The notes under the pieces are model-generated. The model made no database searches and had not been told where the DNA came from. It saw nothing but the letters and a program-made list of their open reading frames with translations. From Coprobacillaceae bacterium (GTDB lineage Bacteria; Bacillota_I; Bacilli_A; Erysipelotrichales; Coprobacillaceae), in assembly GCA_963675515.1 (NCBI GenBank), contig OY776328.1:90001-122000 (forward strand): a DNA stretch of 32,000 bases, read 5' to 3'. Each line of letters begins with the position of its first letter. The stretch's first letter is position 1. A program made the position numbers and the translations under genes. Positions 25,484 to 32,000 of the stretch are shown here, piece after piece.

Positions 25484-26884
25484 TTAACGATAAAATTTCA
25501 GAAACTTTTCAATTTCCATGACCGCGCCTTCTTGATCATTGCCTGACATGAGGTAGTTTACCGTCCGGTACGATGAAGAATAGTCAAGAAAATCCTTGAA
25601 CTTTTCATCAAGAAGATCACCGTATTTACGGTAATGGTTGTAGTAATAATCCCCTTTATGGTCATCCTTTTTTTTCATCACATCAAGCAGGATCTTGTCG
25701 TCGTTTTCGTACACAACGTCGGTATGGATCTGGCTGTAGGCGATATTGGCCAATGTGTAAAGATTCAAATCGGTCGCCTTGACTTTTATGAAGCTGTAAC
25801 CTATCGACATGTAGTGCCTCAAAGTATCGACTATCTCAGTGACCAGCGAATCAAAATCATAGCCCCTGATTCCGACAACCGCATTGATCGGCTTGGTTAT
25901 GGCCATCAGGATGTTCTCCTTTTCGATGCCATATGCCAGATCCAAAGTGATGGTCGGGATAATCCTGTTTCTTGTCAGGGTCGGCTGGTAGTTGGAAAGG
26001 CCCCTTTCAACCTTGGATGCCACAATCTCATGGAGACTCGCAGATTTGGCATAGTCGAGCTTTAGCGCTTTCGGGTTGAAGTTCAAATAGTAATCCTGCT
26101 TCTTGCTCGATAGTTCCTTGACTGTTTCGAGGGCATCTTTAAGACTTGTCAGCGCACCGTTTATCAAAGTCAGATCATATTGGGTCAGGTTGTTGTCCCC
26201 CAGTCCGTAGTTGAACTTCACCCCGGCAAAGGTTCCATTCATCAAAGAAACATAGAAACAGCGCTTGTAGAAACTCGGCGTCTGTTCCGGGAAACAATGC
26301 TCATGACCAATCACAAAATCCGGTTCGCAAAGATAGATCTGGATTGAAAGCGCGCGAATCTTGTTGATCACAAAGAATACTTCGCCGATCCGCACAACAG
26401 TCAGAGAATTGAATTTTATTCTTTGGAATATTTGATCAAGTTCCCCTAGAACCGCTGCACATTGTTTGACATCCTGAGCGCTGAGTTTTCCGGCGGACAG
26501 GGTGTTGTCAACGAGTTTCTGGTTTTTGGCGGTGAACGTCCGGCTGTTCGAACTGCCAATTTCAGGATATTTCTTGGCATCCGCAGTCGGATTGACATAA
26601 TACACGAAAATCTCACTGCTTGATGTCTTGATGATCATGTCCTCGCTCAAGGCGTCAAATATAGAAGACACATTGACAAGCCGCGAGTCGATAACGCCTT
26701 CCCTTGCTACCTGGCCAAACTCAAAATCATCCAGGAACAGGCGATAAGCCTTGTCAAACTCTTCATCGACGCAAATCATCGCCGCTTTGGCGACCTGGTC
26801 AATTGTCGTCTTTTCCTGGATAACCACATCGTAAAATACATTGTAATCTTTATTGCTACCAATTCTTATAATATATCCTTGCAT
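25484..26884 (-). CDS. Hypothetical protein, 466 aa, no recognised family; first gene of the znuABC-like operon
   Basis: RBS GAGGTG is upstream. Only 24 nt and no terminator separate it from the SBP gene, and a terminator for the upstream MATE gene lies just before it. The N-terminal about 60 aa loosely resembles the pattern of the MM3350/pRiA4b-ORF3-like domain; this is weak and by eye only. Confidence 0.7.
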   Translation of the reverse strand: MQGYIIRIGSNKDYNVFYDVVIQEKTTIDQVAKAAMICVDEEFDKAYRLFLDDFEFGQVAREGVIDSRLVNVSSIFDALSEDMIIKTSSSEIFVYYVNPTADAKKYPEIGSSNSRTFTAKNQKLVDNTLSAGKLSAQDVKQCAAVLGELDQIFQRIKFNSLTVVRIGEVFFVINKIRALSIQIYLCEPDFVIGHEHCFPEQTPSFYKRCFYVSLMNGTFAGVKFNYGLGDNNLTQYDLTLINGALTSLKDALETVKELSSKKQDYYLNFNPKALKLDYAKSASLHEIVASKVERGLSNYQPTLTRNRIIPTITLDLAYGIEKENILMAITKPINAVVGIRGYDFDSLVTEIVDTLRHYMSIGYSFIKVKATDLNLYTLANIAYSQIHTDVVYENDDKILLDVMKKKDDHKGDYYYNHYRKYGDLLDEKFKDFLDYSSSYRTVNYLMSGNDQEGAVMEIEKFLKFYR

Positions 26885-26945
26885 AAAAACACCTCTTCAA
26901 TTGATTTTACTATATTTGAGCGCAATTAAAAAGTGATAACGACAA

Positions 26946-26973
26946 TAAAAAAGGCAAAACTTCCCGTTTTTGC
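26946..26973 (-). terminator. Rho-independent terminator of the MATE gene
   Basis: Minus strand reads GGCAAAA-CGGGAAG-TTTTGCC followed by TTTTTTATT. Confidence 0.8.
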
Positions 26974-26974
26974 C

Positions 26975-28315
26975 CTAGCTGTTTACTAATTTGAAACTTT
27001 GGCGATACCAGCGGTAATACGCGCCACACAATACCACACTGGCCAAAAGCCATGAACCGCACTCACCCAAAGGCACCGCCATGAAGCCTAGCTGCCCTAG
27101 CAGCAAGCCGCAGATGACAAAGCGGGCCAGCAGCTCCAGGATTCCTGAAAAAAGCGCGACGAACTGGTAATCCATAGCCTGCAAGGCGTTACGATAGACA
27201 AACAAAAGTGCCAGAAGGGGCAGGAAATAGCGGATGTTGTCAAGATAGACTCCGGCGTAATTCAAGGCTTCCACCGACGGATTTTCCATGAATAACTTTA
27301 CCACGCCTTGCCCGAACAAGGTTATGATCAAAGCGCAAGCGATGGCGACGAATACCGACATTATAGCTGCCTGGTTGACTCCTTTGTAAATCCTCCTGAA
27401 GTCACCGGCACCGAAATTCTGACCGGTGTAAGTGGCCACACCTACCCCAAGGGCCGGCATCACCTGAGTTACAATATTGACTGAACGTGACGCGCCTGTG
27501 AAAGCGGCAACGGCACTTGAGCCAAACGAGTTGACCGCTGCTTGAAGAACCATTATTCCAATCGATATTATCGAAAAGTTGAACGCCATCGGAATCCCGA
27601 TCTTGAGCAGGAAAAATGAGGTCTCCCGGTCAAAATAACGCTGCTCCCTTCCTGGTCTGAGTATTTCAAACTTCTTGAACATGTAGATGAACACCAGCAC
27701 CATCGCAATTGTCTGCGAAAGGACAGTCGCATAAGCGGCTCCGTCTACCGACATGTGGAAAAAGGCGATGAAACTGTAGTCGAAGACAATATTCAATACC
27801 GAAGAAACAATCAGAAAATACAACGGCGTCTTGCTGTCACCGACCCCGCGCAAAATGGCACCGGCGATATTGTAATAAATCAGAGGGATCATTCCCATAT
27901 AAATCACCCTGATGTAGCTGTTTGCCATATTTATTATGTCTGATGGAGTATTCATCATCTTGAGGATCTCCATCGAAAAACTTGTCGCCAGGATTGTCAG
28001 GACAAAAGCGATGACCCCTCCCAAGACAAGAGAAACAAAAACGAGGTGCCGGAGCCATTCGTAGCTCTTTTTACCGTAGGCCCTTGCAATCGCCACTCCA
28101 AACCCCTGAGTCATTCCAATCGCAAACCCGACCACCAGAAACATCAATGCGCCTGTGCATCCAACCGCACCAAGCGCCTTTTCCCCTAGAAGCCGGCCGA
28201 CAATCACCGCGTCGACCATGCTGTAAAATTGTTGAAACAGATTGCCCAAAAAAACCGGAAAAGTGAACCACACTATGTGTTTGATTGGGTTGCCCTTAGT
28301 CATGTCTAATTCCAT
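26975..28315 (-). CDS. MATE family efflux transporter
   Basis: A 446-aa protein with about 12 TM helices and the typical N-terminus PIKHIVWFTFPVFLGNLFQQFYSMVDAVIVGRLLG. Confidence 0.85.
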   Translation of the reverse strand: MELDMTKGNPIKHIVWFTFPVFLGNLFQQFYSMVDAVIVGRLLGEKALGAVGCTGALMFLVVGFAIGMTQGFGVAIARAYGKKSYEWLRHLVFVSLVLGGVIAFVLTILATSFSMEILKMMNTPSDIINMANSYIRVIYMGMIPLIYYNIAGAILRGVGDSKTPLYFLIVSSVLNIVFDYSFIAFFHMSVDGAAYATVLSQTIAMVLVFIYMFKKFEILRPGREQRYFDRETSFFLLKIGIPMAFNFSIISIGIMVLQAAVNSFGSSAVAAFTGASRSVNIVTQVMPALGVGVATYTGQNFGAGDFRRIYKGVNQAAIMSVFVAIACALIITLFGQGVVKLFMENPSVEALNYAGVYLDNIRYFLPLLALLFVYRNALQAMDYQFVALFSGILELLARFVICGLLLGQLGFMAVPLGECGSWLLASVVLCGAYYRWYRQSFKLVNS

Positions 28316-28390
28316 GCAAAATTCCTCCTACGGGCTATTGTAACAGATGCTCGAACATATGTCGTCGTTTTTCGAAACAGGAAAACAAAT

Positions 28391-29239
28391 TCAATCAGCC
28401 CCACTCTTTTGAAGCAATTGCGCAACGATTTTTCCGACCCCATTATCGTTGTTGGACGGAATTATTTCCCGGGCAATTTCTTTCGCCTGGGACAGTCCGT
28501 TGACCGGCACATAGGCATGGGGGGTCAGCCGTAGCATGTCGACATCATTTTCACTGTCGCCAAATATCGCAACCCGTGCAAAATCAATTCCTTCTTTGGC
28601 GATTATAGCTTCGAGCCGCTTGGCTTTCGAAATGTCTTTGGGAATGATCTCAACCCAATGGCGACCGACCTGAAGCATGGTGAAATCATCACTCAAAATC
28701 CGTTTTACCTTCGAAAGTTTTAAAGGGTTGAAGGCGATAAAACAGATCTTGTTCTGCTTGGCCAATGCCACCTTGCCATTTGGAACGTATTCTATCTTCA
28801 TCGAAGGACTTGAAGCGACAATCCGGCGCATTTTCCCCTTCAACATCCTGATTTTCAAGGCTATTTCCATCAGGAAATTGTAGCCGCAAACAGTCTTCTC
28901 GTCTGAAAAATAGAAAACAGAGTAATCATTCTTCTTGAGGAGTCTTTGAATCCGGTCCACTTCCTCCACGGTCATATCGTCCTCTTTTTGGTAGCAGTCG
29001 TTTTTGAAATCATAAACCTGCAGTCCGTTCACTCCGATAAGATAACCGCTGTTGAACTCCGCCATCTGCAACTGTCCAACCAGATTGTCCAATGAGAAGA
29101 CGTTCCGGCCGGTTGCCAAAACCAGTGCCACTCCCTGTTTTTGGGCTTGAATCAGCACTTCCCGGTTGTAGGAAGAAAGCTGCTTTTTGCCATTAAGCAG
29201 GGTGCCGTCCAAGTCGGTCACAATCATATCTATCATCAT
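28391..29239 (-). CDS. Cof-type HAD-IIB family hydrolase (sugar-phosphate phosphatase-like)
   Basis: Motifs are VTDLDGTLL, ATGR and FGDSENDVDM. The start is moved to MMIDMIV (GGGGGA 5 nt upstream) because the eno terminator lies inside the longer track ORF. Confidence 0.8.
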   Translation of the reverse strand: MMIDMIVTDLDGTLLNGKKQLSSYNREVLIQAQKQGVALVLATGRNVFSLDNLVGQLQMAEFNSGYLIGVNGLQVYDFKNDCYQKEDDMTVEEVDRIQRLLKKNDYSVFYFSDEKTVCGYNFLMEIALKIRMLKGKMRRIVASSPSMKIEYVPNGKVALAKQNKICFIAFNPLKLSKVKRILSDDFTMLQVGRHWVEIIPKDISKAKRLEAIIAKEGIDFARVAIFGDSENDVDMLRLTPHAYVPVNGLSQAKEIAREIIPSNNDNGVGKIVAQLLQKSGAD

Positions 29240-29274
29240 ACCATTCCCCCGATCGTTCTTTGAGACCATTATAT

Positions 29275-29298
29275 CAAAAAAGCGCCTGAGCGGCGCTT
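29275..29298 (-). terminator. Rho-independent terminator of eno
   Basis: Minus strand reads AAGCGCC-GCTCA-GGCGCTT followed by TTTTT. Confidence 0.8.
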
Positions 29299-29347
29299 CA
29301 AAATATGGAAAGGAGCAAAGTTGCAATCGTTCACTTCTTATATTTTG

Positions 29348-30631
<1,284 letters not shown>

Positions 30632-30668
30632 TTATATATCCTCCTTGTTAGTCTTTTCTAACAGAGGT

Positions 30669-30697
30669 ATTATACCATTTATTCGGCACTTTTTCAA
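30669..30697 (-). promoter_or_regulatory. Strong sigma-A promoter of eno (extended -10)
   Basis: Minus strand reads TTGAAA (plus 30692-30697), 17 nt, TGgTATAAT (TATAAT = plus 30669-30674). Confidence 0.7.
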
Positions 30698-30706
30698 TTC
30701 ATATGG

Positions 30707-31507
30707 TCATTTTTCATTAATGCCGGCAAGATCGTACATATGATTCAACGGTCCCCGGCCCAAACCAAGATCAAGATTGGCTTCAATGGCCCCCGTGATA
30801 TACTCCTTGGCTTTCAAAACAGCCTCTTTAAGGCTCTTTCCTTGGGCCAGGTTGCATGCTATCGCACTTGAAAGAGTGCATCCGGTACCATGGGTGTTGT
30901 CATTGTCAATTCTTCGTGCCTCGAAGGTTTCAATCCCTTCTTGAAAGCAGAGGACATCAGTAGCCTTGCCTTCAAGGTGGCCACCTTTGAGCAGCACCGG
31001 ACAGCCGTATTCCTCGAAAATCTTTCTGGCCGCAATTTTCATGTCGCAAATATCGTTGATCGCCATCCCGGAGATGATCCCAGCCTCATACAGATTGGGC
31101 GTGATTACACTGGCAATGGGAAAAAGTTCCCTGGCAAGGCAAGTGACCGCCCTGTCATTGGAGAGATCGGCACCGCTTGTCGCCACCATGACCGGATCGA
31201 CCACAATGTTTTTCGCCTTGTAAAATACAAGTTTATCCTTGATTGCCTTGATGATCTTCTCATCCGCCACCATTCCGATTTTGATGGCATCGGGCACGAT
31301 GTCCTGGAAGATGCTTTCAAGCTGGGCCGCCACCATCTTCTCGCTGCACTGTTCGATCAGGCTTACACCCATCGTGTTCTGGGCCGTCAATGCGGTAATC
31401 GCCGCCATCCCATACATCCGGTGGGCCGTTATTGTTTTTAGATCAGCCTGTATCCCGGCACCGCCACTGCAATCCGATCCCGCAATCGTCAATACCTTAC
31501 TGAGCAT
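30707..31507 (-). CDS. thiD: Hydroxymethylpyrimidine/phosphomethylpyrimidine kinase
   Basis: VLTIAGSDCSGGAGIQADLKT ... DPVMVATSG ... THGTGCTLSSAIA. It overlaps the thiE stop by 11 nt. Confidence 0.9.
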   Translation of the reverse strand: MLSKVLTIAGSDCSGGAGIQADLKTITAHRMYGMAAITALTAQNTMGVSLIEQCSEKMVAAQLESIFQDIVPDAIKIGMVADEKIIKAIKDKLVFYKAKNIVVDPVMVATSGADLSNDRAVTCLARELFPIASVITPNLYEAGIISGMAINDICDMKIAARKIFEEYGCPVLLKGGHLEGKATDVLCFQEGIETFEARRIDNDNTHGTGCTLSSAIACNLAQGKSLKEAVLKAKEYITGAIEANLDLGLGRGPLNHMYDLAGINEK

Positions 31508-32000
31508 TCCGGACCTCCTTGATCTTCTCGATTATCCTCTTGCAGTTTCCCTCGATATCATCGCTTTTGTAGATTCCGCTGATCAGGGCGTATCCATCTA
31601 CGCCTCGATACTTTCCGATATTGTCAAGATTGATTCCGCCGATTACAACAACCGGGATGATCACGTTGTCCATTATCGCATCCAACTCATCCAATGAAAC
31701 CTTGATAGTGTCTTTCTTGGTAGCGGTCGTCTCCATTGCGCCGATCCCAAGATAGGAAGCCCCCTGTTTTTGGGCAATGATCGCTTCTTGGACGTTGTGG
31801 CAGGATACCCCGATGATCTTGTCGTCGCCTATTTTCAAGCGGATGGTGCGACAGTCACCATCATCCTGGCCGATATGGATACCAGATGCCTGGGCCTGTT
31901 CAAACAGTTCCAGACTGTCATTGATAATCAACGGTACCCGATGCGCCTGGCATATTTCCTTCAAAGAGCGCGCCTCCTGCAATTTCTGTTGCAAGTCAGC
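31497..32000 (-). CDS. thiE: Thiamine-phosphate synthase, N-terminus outside the window
   Basis: Motifs are PLIINDSLELF, GIHIGQDD and VVVIGGINLDN. The frame stays open to base 32000 (ADLQQKL), and the listed start is only a TTG in an open frame. Confidence 0.85.
   Translation of the reverse strand, partial: ADLQQKLQEARSLKEICQAHRVPLIINDSLELFEQAQASGIHIGQDDGDCRTIRLKIGDDKIIGVSCHNVQEAIIAQKQGASYLGIGAMETTATKKDTIKVSLDELDAIMDNVIIPVVVIGGINLDNIGKYRGVDGYALISGIYKSDDIEGNCKRIIEKIKEVRNAQ

Noticed and set aside
26885-26945. A possible Zur/AdcR box upstream of the 466-aa/znuABC operon.
   Set aside because: I found only a half-site-like TCGTTATCA and a short TCAATTGA palindrome. Neither matches the full TCGTAAT-N-ATTACGA or TTAACNNGTTAA consensus, so I make no regulatory call.
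31497-32000. A TPP riboswitch controlling thiE-thiD.
   Set aside because: One would be expected upstream of thiE (or of further upstream thi genes), which is outside the window. Nothing resembling the TPP aptamer core lies in the visible sequence.

Overview
Most of this window is core chromosome from a Gram-positive (Bacillota-like) organism; that placement is inferred from AGGAGG-type ribosome-binding sites, murA, an L,D-transpeptidase and a lipoprotein lipobox. Nearly all genes are on the minus strand. From right to left they are: thiE (partial), thiD, eno, a Cof-type HAD hydrolase, a MATE exporter, an unknown 466-aa gene heading a ZnuABC-type metal importer operon, glycerate kinase, an ArsR plus thioredoxin-like pair, and an RNA methyltransferase coupled to a DagK-like lipid kinase. 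Next come two plus-strand genes (rlmA-like and a small membrane protein), then a TrmH-family methyltransferase, an L,D-transpeptidase, fba, murA, rpmE, a YycJ-like MBL hydrolase, rlmH and a SWIM-like protein. The last block is ppiB, a GyrI-like protein, yfcE, two tandem GntR/HutC regulators, an orphan PTS EIIC, a small membrane protein and a type III glutamine synthetase. The only clearly accessory DNA is at the left edge (1-2850). It holds a tyrosine recombinase gene cut by the window edge, a cluster of TTATCCCGA-type inverted repeats that includes a 32-bp perfect palindrome, and a complete group IIC intron with an RT/maturase ORF and a CGC-type domain V. The intron sits just behind the glutamine synthetase terminator hairpin. 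I saw no rRNA, tRNA or CRISPR array. I could not identify a clear multi-gene novel system. The best candidates for follow-up are the intron/recombinase/palindrome junction, the 466-aa orphan gene leading the zinc-uptake operon, and the dual-HutC/orphan-EIIC module with a shared candidate operator. All family calls come from motif recognition by eye; no database search was possible.
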